64,000 bases of DNA, from assembly GCF_009914755.1 (NCBI RefSeq), contig NC_060942.1, one strand, 5' to 3'. A program made the position numbers and the translations under genes. Source of the DNA: the human T2T-CHM13v2.0 reference genome, Homo sapiens. Position 1 is the first letter of the stretch; each line of letters starts with the position of its first letter. The notes under the pieces were generated by a model. The model saw only the letters and a list, made by a program, of their open reading frames with translations, was not told the DNA's origin and made no database searches. Shown piece by piece: positions 1 through 14,287 of this stretch.

Positions 1-127
1 ATTTACTTTCCAGAACCTGAAAGTAAATCAAAAATTATAAATAGAGAACACAGTAATAAGTAATTAATCAAGATCTAGATTTTGCTTTATTTACACATTG
101 AGGTAATATCAAGAAAATAATTAGATT

Positions 128-243
128 TCACAAACTTTTAATATATTATTTGTAGTATTATAGAGAGTTAAATATTGCCACTTGGCTCACAAACTTTTAA
201 TATATTATTTGTAGTATTATAGAGTTAAATATTGCCACTTGGC
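128..243. repeat. Tandem duplication (59 bp + 57 bp)
   Basis: tcacaaacttttaatatattatttgtagtattatag(ag)agttaaatattgccacttggc occurs twice head-to-tail; the copies differ by one AG unit. Confidence 0.95.
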
Positions 244-788
244 TTTGCTCATTAATATTTGTTTTATTTTGCTCACAAGCCACTAAATAAAAGAAATATA
301 AACTAAAAATATAAAACCACAATGATTTTTAAACAAGTAGTAAAATTTTACCCTTATTTTATAAGAAAGAATAATATGTAATTTCATATTGACTTTCAGA
401 TTAGTGAAATTTATGAGGCTGATAAGAATATTTATTTAAAACATCTTCTCTCTACTTTTTCCTAGGAGACATAATGCATTATGAGTAAGATTAACTAGAT
501 GAAAGAGACAGAATCAAATAAATATAGAATGCAACAATGCTAAACTCGTTTTACTTTGATGAGACACATTGTGAACACACTACTTGAAAGTAGAAAATCG
601 ACATTAATCTACAGATACACAACGTTACTCAGGAAAACCTAGTTGTAGGAATTCATATTTAGATATGACTAATTCAAACTGAGTATGCACATAGCCACGA
701 TCCAGCGATTACACCCTGGCATAAATATACGAAAGAAAACTCTCACTGGTCCATAAGTGACATGAATACAAATATTTATGCAGTATTA

Positions 789-1284
789 CAGTGTACCTTT
801 AAACAACACGGGTTTGCACTGTGCAAGTCCACTTATGCATGAATTTTTTTCAAAAAAAGTTGCACCGAGTGTCCCTGCCTCTCTTGCCTCCCCTTCCACC
901 TCTTCCAAATATTCTGCCCGTGCCACCCCTGAGACAGCAAGACCAACTGCTCCTCTTCCTCCTTCTTCTCAACCTACTCAACGTGAAGATGATGAGAATG
1001 ATGACCTTCATGAGATCCACTTCCACTTAATGAATAGTAAATGTATTTTATCTTCCTTATGATTTTTTTAAATAACATTTCTTTTTTCTCTAGCTTACAT
1101 TATTGTAAGAATATAGTATAACACATAGACATACAAAGGATGTTTCATCAACTGTTCGTTATCAGTAAGGCTTCTCGTCAACAGTACACTTAGGTAAGTT
1201 TTCGGGGAGTCAAAAATAATATGGAAATTTTTGACTGCCTGGAGATTAGCACCCCTTTCCCCTTCATTGTTTAAGGGCCAATTG
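789..1284 (+). mobile_element. Tigger2-family (Tigger2a-like) non-autonomous DNA transposon
   Basis: TA|cagtgtacctttaaacaacacggg...ttgtttaagggccaattg|TA: degenerate TIRs with TA flanks. Internal gagacagcaagaccaac...ctcaacgtgaagatgatgag is typical of Tigger2 derivatives. Confidence 0.8.
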
Positions 1285-1286
1285 TA

Positions 1287-1608
<322 letters not shown>

Positions 1609-2077
1609 TCATTGTGCTTGGTTGGAGGCAAGCTATTCATCTGGAAGAGTATATAAGTTATATATGACATATTCTTAGTGAGAAATAAACATGTATTGAA
1701 TATACACATAGCAACACAGCTGGAATTGGTATAGTTCGGTGTTAGTGAAAAAGAAGCAGAATCCTTATGTGTATGCATATCTGTGATCTGATCTTTAAAA
1801 ATAAATTTAGAAATTATATGACTCTATAAATAATAATACATATATGATTCACTGAAATTAAAGATGCAATACTTCTATAAAAATGCATAAAAACAAAGGA
1901 TACATATTAAACAAATATATTAAGTTAATTATATATGTGTGAATAAGTTATTAAATAAAAAGAGAAAGCAATGTTTCAAGGTTGACATAATGTGACAAAA
2001 ATGTAGGAATGTGATTATTTTGACTACCTCCTGCAGTTTATTATAAAAAATAATTTTCATTTATAAGGAAAGTGGTG

Positions 2078-2180
2078 TTGATTTATTTATTAAATTTATG
2101 TTTATTAAGCTCCCAATGTGTGCTGTGTCTCATTCTACATGCTGGAAATACAACAGCAAATCACAGACAAAAATATCTTT
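2078..2180 (-). mobile_element. L2 3'-end fragment
   Basis: tttattaagctcccaatgtgtgctgtgtctcattctacatgctggaaatacaacagc resembles the reverse of the L2 3' end. Confidence 0.55.
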
Positions 2181-3244
2181 ATTGATAGAATATTAGTTAC
2201 TGAGAACTTAATAAAACTACTAAATACTAAGTTATAAATACTTGAAATTTATATTGTATTTTTAAATATTGCTGAACCATTCAAATGGAAAATTTCAGTC
2301 TCTTGTTTATAAAATTATTTTTGAAGATCAGATCATAGTCATCATGAAAGTAAAGATTTGGCCAACAGAGAATATTAGGGTAGACCTAGAATATAAGCCT
2401 TTGGAGACAGGCATTTAATAAATATTTTTTGAGTGATTGATTATTTTACCACTCAACTTTTAACTATAAATGCATAAATAATACACCATTAAAAAGGCCA
2501 AATGGGTAAAACTATGATAAACTCTGGAGATTTCAATTTACTAAATGGAATTGTTAAAGCTCAAAGAGGAAAATTTAATTTTAATTGCAGAATGTAGGAA
2601 TTTAGCTTCATTTTAAAAATCAGTCCAAGTTACTCAAAAGCTAACATCAAAGAATACTATTTCACACTGAGAGTCTTGAGCTAATGAACTGCAAATTCAT
2701 AAGGAAGACAGTGACCATTTGTAATAGTAAAAACAATTACGACGTAAAATTAGGTATATCACGAGTACTTTTTGCTTTCTACTTATATTTTTCTTCTTCA
2801 GAAAGTTTGTAGTAAATGAATATTTTAATAGATTATTTATAATAATATGAAAAAGATAAAATTCGGAAGTAGCTTTCTGCATTGCTATAAAGATTTGCTG
2901 AGCTCAGAGTTATATATTGACTCAATAATTATAAGGTTAATATTTGTCATTTCAATGCATCTTAAAATTGACAAAATCATTGATCAATTCAATCACAATT
3001 CAAAAGGAACAAGTTTCAATATCCTGTAAGACTGCATTTCAACAAATCTCTTTAGGCACACTACAGTTTAAGTAAACCAAATGATGACTATTGACCTAAG
3101 GCACAATTGATTAAAGATTATATAAGGAAAATGTAATTTTCTAAAAACTGCATTTTTCATTGTGATTTTTGTTTATGTGAATGGTGCAATTGTGTGCGTG
3201 TTTTAGTTATGAATTCAGTACTATGCTTTATTTTATTAATTTGC

Positions 3245-6200
3245 ATTCCATCTTGCAAACAGATACTAACACAAGGCCTTGGGTACAGGTAGTTATTTGG
3301 AAGGTAATACAAGAGGCCAGAATACAAAGGCGGGAACAGTGCCAGTAATGCAGATAAAGCTGATAAAGTACTCATCATTGAGTTAGCCAGCAGTGTGGTT
3401 ATGTCAAGTATTAAGCTAATCTCTCTCAAATCCAAGTCCACTATTGCATACTAGAGTGGGACTCCACTATAATAGTGGACAAATCCACATTTATGTTTTG
3501 TCAGCTTGCTTCTTGTTAGCCTCTGCCAATAAGACCACTGAAGGGGCAATATATGGCTGGATGGGGAAGATGGCGCAAGAGGCTGTAGTTATACCTTGGA
3601 AGCTGTTTCAGTATGTAACATCTGGTATCTGTAGTTATTCTATGACTTGTAGAACTAGCCTAACTAAACACCCTTCAGACACCAGTGCCACGAGAATGTG
3701 TTTCCCTAGGATAAGGGGAATACTTTCTGTTCAGCAGGTACAGTTAGCTTGATTTCACGATGCTCTTCAAAATTTCAAGACAATCAAAGATCTTGTGGAG
3801 AATTCTGTCACGAGGAGCAGAAAAGTAAAAAAATACCCTTGCTGTACTTCCCACAGAAAGGCAAATGATTATTCTATTTTCTGCAGGGATTTGAAAGAAT
3901 ATATTTGCCACATCAACTTGCGTGTCCAGTGCCAGAAGCTGTGCTCATCTCAGTAGGAAAGATGTATCCAGCACCATGATTGCAATTAGAGCAACCACTT
4001 GGTTAAGATTACAGCAGTTCATGGACTTATGCCAAAATCCATTTGGTAGTTGCAGGGGCCACATGAGTGGTATAAAAGGAATAATCTATCTTTGAGAGTG
4101 TCACTATCTGCAATTCCACTTGGAATGAGGAATTGCTCTGATTTACCATCATGCCTAGGGTTGAGAGGGCAGTTTCTGGGACATCCAACTGGCCTGTTCT
4201 ATGATGACAGCTCCTTCTCTACATGAAAAGAAATTAACTTAACAGCCCTGCCAGCTGCTAAGTATACTTATCCCAATTATGCACTTGAGCGCCAGAGCAA
4301 TCATGAGTGTATTGCTGTGAGTCAGGATCCAGCCAGGACTCCACTTACACATGGGGTCCCTAAGCCTCCACTCCAGCTGGATGGCCATGCTGGCATTTGG
4401 GGCCCCTTCTGTCTGTATCAGCTGCCCTCAAAAAAGCCTGGCCTTCCTTTTTCTCCATGTGTACAGCCAAGCTGACAAATAGGCACACATAAATTTAGGT
4501 CACATTTGGAAGAGTATTTATCGTTTATATTTAAAATGGTATTTCAGTTTCCTTTTTCAAAAGGAACCACCAAGCCACAATCAATGATCCATGGATCTAA
4601 CATCTGAGATAGTCTGGAAACTAGGCAGGGAATCACAATTTTGACATAACTTTTCTACATAGCAGTAGTTAATTTGTTCTACTTGTACAAGGTAAGGAGC
4701 ATCCCATTCAGCTGCTCATCTACGCCACCTCTAGGAACACCAAGGTGCATTAGAGATCACCGTGGACACCTGCAGGCCACACTCATTGCCACTCCAACCT
4801 TGTTGACAATGTCACTAATTACGTCCACCATGCCTCTGACAGGTAAATGCCACCACTTGGACTCTGCTCATTTAGCATTCTTTCATTTTCACCGACCTTA
4901 GCAAGCCCAGTTCTATATCAGAATCTACTACAGTGAAACCCTGGCCTACAGGGGACAACCATCACTGGGCTTCTCAAAGATTCTGGTGCCCCTTATCAGT
5001 ACCCTACCTTGCAATTCCCATTTTGTAATATTAGGACTTGTTTAACATGTCTTTTCCAGGATATTAAATTTCAAGCCACAGGAGAGAGCCTCTGTCACAA
5101 TAAATTATTCTCTATTTAGCCTTGTAATGCACTCAGCCCCAACTCTTCCCAATGGCCTCATCTAATAACTTCAACTTCCACTGTAAGCTGAATAATCCCA
5201 TTATGTATGGGGAAAATCCTGAAAATCTATCAGTAAATAGTTATTTTATTTTGTATCAATGTTTGTATTTCTTGGATGCAGCTATCCATAAACCTTACTC
5301 TAGTTATTGGTCTGAAATAATCATGACAGCCAGGCAGGAATCATAAGGAAAACAAGCGTTATCTTGTGAGGAATGCATTTTAGTCTCCAAGCAATGAGAC
5401 ACCCTCTTGGCCCTAGCAGTGCAAAAGGATTTACTTTGGCTTTCTCAGGATTTTAAAGAGTATCACTGGATTCAACTTTTATCAGATTCATTTCCCAATC
5501 GTTTTCCATCCTGATACTGAGGTTTCTTCTCATCTCATAACAGGGCTCTAATTTTTGTGCAGAAGACTTTTGGAGACTGTGCATTTATTCACCCTTGAGG
5601 TTCTTCTATCCCTATACTTAAATCCTAGGCTCAATCTTCATCACTGTTTACTCTCTATCTGCAAGAGTTGAGGGTCTCTATAAATCACTTACATGGAGAT
5701 CTTCTGGTTTTCACAGTGTCCACAGAGTTGATAGTTATTGGCTTTAACCTGACATTATTGTTTTTCAAGGCTTCTAGGGCTGTTGATAAAGAACCCAGCT
5801 TCACAATGTTAATAACTACTATGACCTCCATGGCATTCAAGTGCTACAGCTACCACATAAGCCACAGCTTCCTCTTCTACTTATATCTACTCCTGATTCA
5901 ACATAGGGAAAAGTCATCACATTTGTGTTGCTAGAGCACACCAGAGTTTACACCACCTTTGGTACCACAAGTCAATTGTCTTTTTTTGTCTGGCAGGTTC
6001 TGAGTCATCCAGGTCCAGAATCTCACCCAATAAATGGCTTTCTTGGGCCACTTCCATGATAACAATCATATATTTGATTCACCCAGAAACAGAGAGTAAA
6101 ACAAGGATTTAGTTTCAAGTCTAATATTTGGGAGGTAATTTCAGGAACTGCAGGAGACCATGGGGCAAGTGAAACAGGGAAGGAGGAAAAGATGCTAAAG

Positions 6201-6530
6201 CATGTTATTGATTTGCCACCACTGTGGGCAAATGGCACCCATTCCTGTGAGGGATTCTCTAAGTATTAATACAAGAGGCATCTTAACACTTTTACTCTGA
6301 AAGAGTAGTGAGAAGTTTACCCATTAATACCCATTCCATTTAACTGATCATTGCCTCTGGGGGGTCTTAATTTTCCCAGGTTTTCAGGCTGCTTCCTTGC
6401 GCTGACCAAAATACTTCCTTTGACTTCAGGCAAAAGAAAAAAAAAAAAAGGAGCAGAACTGGCATCAGACACTGCTACTGTGGCACTGAAATCCAATGAG
6501 CAGAGGGAGACATGAAATTTGGCCCTAAAC
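3245..6530 (-). mobile_element. Degenerate ERVL-class provirus (LTR16/LTR33-like LTRs plus internal remnant)
   Basis: Related LTR segments at ~3260-3400 and ~6080-6260 (acaagg...ttatttgg(a/g)aggtaat...ctgtgg). PBS-like ttgttatcatggaagtgg on the minus strand next to the right LTR. Protease-like remnant LLALDTQVDV on the minus strand near 3905-3940. Confidence 0.55.
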
Positions 6531-7578
6531 TAGTAGATTATAAAAATAACAGCGAGCAAGATGATATATAAATGAAGAGCCTAGAAAGACACTTAAATTC
6601 ATGTAAAAATATATTGCGTGATGAAAACAATATTTTAATTATATAGACAAAATATATAACTTTCACAATATAATTCTAGAATTAGAAAATCATATATTTG
6701 TGACTTGATATTTAACTCTCCCACCACTTTGGAGAAAATTACTAAAAGTCACTGCAGTGGTTGTGATATATTAATGATATATGAATTTATTTGATTGTAT
6801 ACTTTTACATCACAACTTTGTCCTATACTTGAGTATAACAGTCACTGTCATCTTCACTTATCTCTAAAATAGAAACACTTTAGAACATACACAAACTCAA
6901 TAATATTATTAATTAACATTATAATAAAACAATTCTATTATTTTTCCTGAACATTATGTATAAAATGGACTGAAAGCAGTTTTTTACAACGCTAAGTATT
7001 TTTAATGAGGCATGACATTCCTGAACAAAATATTGGTGCCTAATTTGTTTTTTACAAATAAAACAGGTAAAATTATATCTAACTATTTTAAAGTAATGAA
7101 CCTACAAGTTACAATATAAATGAGAGGAAGGATACATAGGAAAATCATCAAGAGAAAGATTAGGAAATGTGCCCAAGGTTAAGAGCCTTGGAAGTAGTTC
7201 TAATATTTGAAACCACTTCTGACTCTCGAGAAAATTGACTTGTATGCCTGTGAAAGAAAAATACAATCAGAAAGAGCACAGCGGGAAACAGATAAATCTT
7301 TTAGAAAAAAAGCACATAGTCAATATTTAGTAAGACTTTATCTGAAGTCCATGAGAGAAAAGAATGTGAGGATTGAGGATTAAGAAATATTCATAGAGCA
7401 AAAACACCAAGGAAAATAATATTGATGGACCACTATTGATGGATTTCAAATCCTAGTAAAAGAAAAAGAAAAAAGAAGGGGTCAAAATGTAACAATAGGA
7501 TAAAACAGAACTGTTATATAGACTGTTTTATGCCACAGATTATAAGATAAAACCAGTATAGGCTTCTAATAATAGAAA

Positions 7579-7632
7579 ATATATATATATATATATATGT
7601 ATACACACACACACACACATACATATATATAT
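7579..7632. repeat. (TA)n(CA)n microsatellite
   Basis: Directly visible. Confidence 0.95.
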
Positions 7633-8749
7633 GGAATTTGTATTTTACCTATGACTAAAGAAAGCCACAAATAGATAAAATGCAGTTGCTATGAGTTTCA
7701 GCCCAAATAACGTATTTACTCAGTGACAAATTATAAGAAGGTTTAACTTATCAAAATATAGATCAAGAACTAACATAATAAACAGAGGCAGAACCTACGC
7801 ACTAAGAAATCTTCAGAAAAGAGCTGAGTGAAGAGATTGTTTAGAAGAGAAAGTTCCAATATTGTTAAAATAACAATTCTTCTTTAATCCAAATTCAGTG
7901 TGCTTCCAATATAATTTTATTTAAATTTGAAAGAATGTCCTAAAGTTTCCCTCCTAAAAAATATTAGGATAGATACAAAATATTTTCAAAACAATTGAAT
8001 AAATAATGAATTACAAAATTAACTACCATGCAAGTAGTTTAGTGAGGAGCTTTGATATAAATTCCAGTGTTTTATAAAATTATGTCACATAATGAACACA
8101 GATTTTGCAATTAGACAAAATATATTCTATTCAGAATATGATGCTGAGACACTTATATTTTTGTTGCAAAAAAGTATGTACTTGTTTTGGTTGTGATTTT
8201 GGGGAAATGCTCATTTCTGGCCCAGAGTCTATAAACAAATATTTTTCCTTTGCTTACCAGATTATTTAATAAATTTATTGAAGTCTGTAAAGTTCTGTTA
8301 TCAGTAAGGTGATGTAACTTTACTAAAGTAAAACAGTTTAGCTTTTTATTTGAAATGTCAAGTTGAATTTCAGAGTGTAATTGATTTTCATGACATAAAT
8401 TTAAATAATTATCTGCTACTAGTTTCTTCAACTACCAGCTTATAACTGTCTGGATGCTGTTGATATTTTGGTATCTGTATTCAGCCCAAGTTTTAAAAAT
8501 AGTCTAGCTTTGTTACTTGGGCACACTATGATATATCCTTTGCAGTGTAAAATTTGTAACATTTAGTTTCCACTGGGTTAGGACACACTTGGACAGAAGT
8601 AAGAAGAGCTCACTCTTAGTTCTGCACATGGAAGCAACAGATTAGACTTTAAAGAGGCTAAAATATCTGGTATACCACTTTAGACTCTGTGTGATTGACC
8701 TACAATAAGCTACAAAGTAACCAAAAGTCTATGGAGAATTTGATAGCAA

Positions 8750-11700
8750 CTCAGAGATGTAAACAACTTAAAAATTGTCAATAACATACATAAAGCAAGA
8801 AAAACCTGGATAAAATAAAATCAGTGACTTTTCTTGGATTCACCAGAGAACTAAGTTTGCAGGGCAAACCACAACTGGGGATCTGGAAAGACAATTTCAG
8901 AAAGGTAGAATGAAGATATTCTTAACTAGAGCAGAAGCCAATGAATCTATAAATTAATTGGTAATAACATTAAATAGTAATTTTGACAAATTGCTGAAGG
9001 CTGAGTATAAACTAGCAGGAGAGTAAAGACGCAGACTCTGTGAATAGAGAAGTTAGGGAAGTCCAAATTCAAGGGAGAACACCAAACACAAGAAGACCAA
9101 AGAAATTTGGTCTGGCATCTAGAACTACAAAAATCATGAAACAAAACACAACTCCTAGCCAGATTAAAGTAAATCCTCACATTAGAGGCCTATTTACTCA
9201 GAATATTACCCAATATGACATATACAGAACAACACAACCAAACATACAAGGCACACCACATGCAACAAAAAGCAGTCTAGAGAGACAAAGCAAGTATCAA
9301 AACCAGACGGTGATATGACACAGACATTGGGATTACCAGTGAATTTAAAGTAATTACAAATAATATGTTAAAGTTGTTAATGAAAAAAAATGGATAAGCC
9401 ATAAGATCAAATGGGTGAGGTAAGCAAGGAAACAGAAACTCTAAAAACAAATCAAAAGGAAATGCTAAATTAAATATAACAGTATAGATGAACAGAACAG
9501 CACTGTCAATCAACTTAATCTAATGACCATTTGTAGGACAGTATATTCAATATCAGCAACATGTAGATTCTGCTCAAACTTGTATAAAACATTCATCAGG
9601 ATAGATCCCATTATTAGCATAAAACATATCTTAATAAATATAAAATAACAAAAATTATTAAAAGTAAGTTTTCAGAAAACAATGGAAATGAAATGGAAAT
9701 AAAAAACAAAAATACAGCTAGATAATACCAAAATACTTGAAAGTGAACAACATACTTCTAAATAACACATGGATCAAAGATGTCTCATTTTTTAAATGGT
9801 GAAATAAATGAAAATAAAAAAAATAAAAAAAATTGTGGGATCCAGTGAAAGGGGTTCAGAAAAATTTATAGAATTAAATGTATAGAATACAAACAAAGAA
9901 TAGCTAAAATCAATAATCTAAGCTTCAATCTTATGAAGAAAAGTACTTGACTATCCTCCACAAAATAGAGATGACACAAATTACCAGAATCAGAAATGAA
10001 AGACGACCATTGTCTTAGTCCATTTTCATACTGCTATGAAGTAATGCCTGACACTGGATAATTCATAAAGAAGAAGAGGTTTAATGGACTCATGGTTCCA
10101 CATGGCTGGGGAAGTCTCACAATCGTGGCAGAAATGGAAGGAGGAACAAAGGCAAGTCTTACACGGTGGCAGGCAAGAGGGTGTGTGCAGGGGAACTGCC
10201 CTTTATAAAAACCATCAGGTCTCTTGAGACTTATTCACTATCACAAGAACAGCATGGGAAAAATCCACCCTCATGATTCAATTACTTCCCACTGGGTCAC
10301 TCCCATGACCTGTGGGGTAATGGGAGCTAAAATTCCAGTTGAGATTTGGGTGAGGACACAGCCAAACCATATCAATAATCTCTACTGATCTCAAGGACAT
10401 TAAAAGGATAACGAGAAAATACTACTAAAAACACATGTCAATAATTTAAATAATTTGGATGAAATAGATTACTTTCTTGAAAGGAAAATGTAAAACTACC
10501 AAAACTCACACAAGATAAATGGATAACTTGAGTAATTATATGTTTGTATATAAAATAAATTGAAATAACATTGCCTTTCCAAAAAAAAGTATTACCAAAT
10601 CCAGATTATTTTACTTATAAATTATTCAAAATAGTTCAATAAGAAATTGTTCCAAGTATTAAACTCTACCTGTAAACAGATGCAGAAGAAATATTTTCTA
10701 ACTAAATTTTTGAGTCTAGAGTTACCCTACAATCAAAACCAAATACATACAATAAAAGAAAGCTAGACTAATACCTCTCATAAACATAAGTGCAAAAGTC
10801 CTTACAAAATATTTACAAAAGTGAATCCAACAATGTATAAAAACATCATGCACCACAAACAAGTGAAATTTATATTCTAGGTATGAAAGGGTAGTTCCAC
10901 ATTTGAAAAATTAATCAACGTAATCAGTTATATCAACAGAATAAAAAAGGAAAATAAGATGATCATATTAATTAGTACAGTAAAAGAATAAAACAATCCA
11001 AAACTAATTAATGATAAAAACTCCCAACAACTTGAAATAGAAGGAAACATTTTCAATTTGCAAACAAATAAGCAAAACAAAATTAGGGAAACACCATTTA
11101 TAAAATAATAAAAAAAAAACTAAACAACTACAACTCACATTATACTTACTGTTGAGAAATTGGAGAGTTTTTCACTAAAATTGAGTGTTGGGCAAGAAAG
11201 AAATAGTACTACCTTTGTTTATAGATGACATGCTTGTCCATGTAGAAAATCCCAAATAAATGACAAAAACTCCTGGAAAAAAAATAAACAGGTATATGAA
11301 GGTTGCAAAATACAAGGTTAATATACAACAGTCAATTGTCGATGTGAAGTCTATTATCCCACCCAGGAATCTAAGCTACACTTAAGACTTGCTGGAGAGA
11401 AAACGTATGTGATGTAGAATTTATAGGTTAACTTGAAAATCCTCTGTGCCTTCTTTCTTATTGCTCTTACTTTGAATTTTCCAAGAAGAAAAGGCCTCCC
11501 ATAATACATTTTAGACAAGCTATCAAAAAAAATAGCATGAGACTATGACTCTGAGAATGCAAAAAAGGGAAGATATTTCACTCTTCCTAAATAAAAGAGA
11601 AGACAAATCTTTATAACAGGACAACCAGTATCCATGTTTCAATGGAAATAACTTGTTACTGTAAATCTATGACATATTCCTTGTTATCTGCAAAACAACT

Positions 11701-13395
11701 ACCATTTTCAGGGCAATAAATGTATACAGTTTGAATTGTAGAAAAAATAAAGAAATTAACAAATTATGTATTTAAGTACCATTGCAATGACAAAAAAGAA
11801 AATACATAGAGATAAACCTAACAAAATGTGTGAAATATTTGCAAGCTGAATACTAGTAAACATTGATAAGAGAAATAACAGTTTATAAATTAATATCCAT
11901 GATTGGAAAACACATTACTGTTAAGGTATTGATTCTACCCAAAGTGATCTACAGATTCAATGTATTTCCAAAGCCCCCACAGGTTTTCTTTGTAGAAGCT
12001 GACTTTCTGATGTCCAAATTTTAAAGAACAGTAAATAAATATAAAGACTAAAACTAGCTTGGAACACAAGATTAAAACTGCAGAACTTAAACTCCCTCCT
12101 GATATCAAGATTTTTATAAAGCCATGCTAACTGAGACAGCATGGTGGTGCCAAAAGGATGGGCAGGTTGACCGATTTAAGAGAAGAGAGAGTCCAGAAAT
12201 AAACTTACACATGTAAAGTTAATTTATTTTGACAAAGATGCCAAGACAATTCAATGGATAAAGTCTAGAATAATAATTAAATGGTGCTGGAATAATTGAA
12301 AATTCACATGTAAAAAAAAACAAATTATATTCACACCATAAACACAAACCTTCAATGGATTATAGATCTAAATGCAAAACCTGATAACTATAAATCTTTT
12401 AGGAAAACATATTTTACCCTTAATGTAGACAGAGATTAAAACTACTTTTTTTGTTGCTCAAAATGTTAAACAAAATAAAAAGACTAAAGTACTTCAAGAA
12501 AATATTTGCAAATCACATATGTGATAAAGAGTTAGTCTGCAGTGTAGAAAGTACCCTCATAACTCAATAATAAGGAAACAGAAAATGCAGTTTAAAATGG
12601 GCAAAAGATTTCTACAAACATTTCACCAAAGAAGAGATACAGATAGTAACTAACAACATTGTCATTAAGCAAATGAAACTTAAATGGCAAGACACCACTA
12701 CAAACCTAAAAGAACGATTACAATGTAAAGAAATTAAAAGAAAAAAAGCCAAAACACCAGAAAACTGACAATGTCGAGTGCTTTTGAAGATATAGACAAA
12801 CAGGAACTCTCCTGCCTTGTTGGTTGAAATGCAAAATATACAGCCTTTTTGGAAAATAACCTGGCAGTTAATCCTAAAGTTAATCCTACACTTAACATGC
12901 AACCAAATAATCCCACTTGTAAGTATTTACCCAAGTGGAATGATAACCCACATTCATAAAAAAACTGAACATAAATGTTTACAGACACTTTATTCTTAAT
13001 CACCAAATATCAAAAATAATAAAATGTCCTTCAACTTGGGAATGGATAAACAAATTGGTACCTTCTCCAGTGGAATACCACTCAACAGTAAAAAGAAACA
13101 GACCACAAAGATACAAAAAATGTTGATGAACCTCAGGTGTATTCTAAAAAGCCAGACACAAAAGCAAAACCATCAGAAGAAATGTCAGATCAGCAATTAC
13201 CAGTGACTGACATTGGGATGACAGTTTAGTCTTGAAAAGGGGCATGAGGGAACTCTTCAGTGGGAGGGAGGATAAAATATTATCTGTGTTAATTATGGTG
13301 GTTATATGACTGTACTTATTGCTCAAAATTCATAGCATAATACACTGAAAAAAGATAAATTTTACTGTATATACATTTGATCTCAGCCATACTGA
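8750..13395 (+). mobile_element. Ancient fragmented L1M (L1MC/MD-like) LINE
   Basis: A-rich strand with colinear degenerate ORF2 motifs (cagatgacatg-like at ~11222, gtagaaaatccc, tttgacaaagatgccaag, aaaatgggcaaaaga) and an L1M-type 3' UTR to ~13390. No intact ORF. Confidence 0.8.
10011..10374 (-). mobile_element. THE1-family MaLR solo LTR inserted in L1M
   Basis: tgtcttagtcc...gagatttgggtgaggacacagccaaaccatatca is the reverse complement of the THE1 consensus, with TG...CA ends. Confidence 0.92.
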
Positions 13396-13717
13396 CTTTT
13401 AAAAGGCTCATTGACTAGTTTAAAGTGTGCATGAAGGGGTCCTCATTGTTAGAACTGAAGCACCTAAGCACAGTCACCTTTGACAATGTTACTGCATTTG
13501 CTGCTCTCCTTGGCAGAAATGTATTCTCTACTCATCAGATGACATCACCTCAGTTTTGCTTGGCAAACTACTGTAGACATTTGAGATGCTGCCTGTTCCC
13601 CTGTGTCCCATTCACTACAATATTTAATTTCTGCTTGGGGCAGGAGTATGGCATTGAATGTTATCTTCATATCCAAATGGAATGCAAGCCTTTATTTTCG
13701 GTAATAGGAAATGAGCG

Positions 13718-14176
13718 TGTGATAGTTAAGTGTCAACTTGACTGGATTAAGAAATACCTAGAGAATAGGTAGAGCTTTGTTTGGAAGTGTGTTTGTGAGA
13801 GTGTTTCCTGAGGAGACTGATGTGTGAGTCTGAGTGGACTAAGTACAGAAAGTTCACCCACAATGTGAGTGTTCACCATCCAATAGGCTGGAGTCTCCAA
13901 TAAAACACAGAATAGTGCAAAGGTGAATTGGTCTCCCTCTTGGAGCTAAGATACACTCTTCTCCTGCCCTTGGAGATCAGAACTCTACAGTCTCTGACCT
14001 TTGGACTCCAGGACTTTCACCAGCACCCTCAACATTCCCACTGGGTTCTCAGGACTTTATAGTTGTACTGAGCCATGCCACTGGCATCCTAGGGTCTCCA
14101 GCTTGCAGATAGCCTGCTATGGGACTTAATCTTTGTAATAAGGTGAGTCAATTCTGCCAATAAACCTACTTTCATC

Positions 14177-14213
<37 letters not shown>

Positions 14214-14287
14214 ATCTATCATCTATCTATCGAATCTATCTACCTACCTACCGTATTAGTTCTGTCTCTCTGGAGAAACCTAATACA
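13718..14287 (+). mobile_element. MLT2 (ERVL) solo LTR
   Basis: Starts tgtgatagttaagtgtcaacttgactggattaag and ends ttctgtctctctggagaaacctaataca; has an aataaa before the internal microsatellite. Confidence 0.88.
14177..14251. repeat. (TCTA)n tetranucleotide microsatellite within MLT2
   Basis: Directly visible. Confidence 0.95.

Noticed and set aside
778-1062. 94-aa Pro/Ser/acidic ORF
   Set aside because: Falls within the Tigger2-derived element; low-complexity transposon relic.
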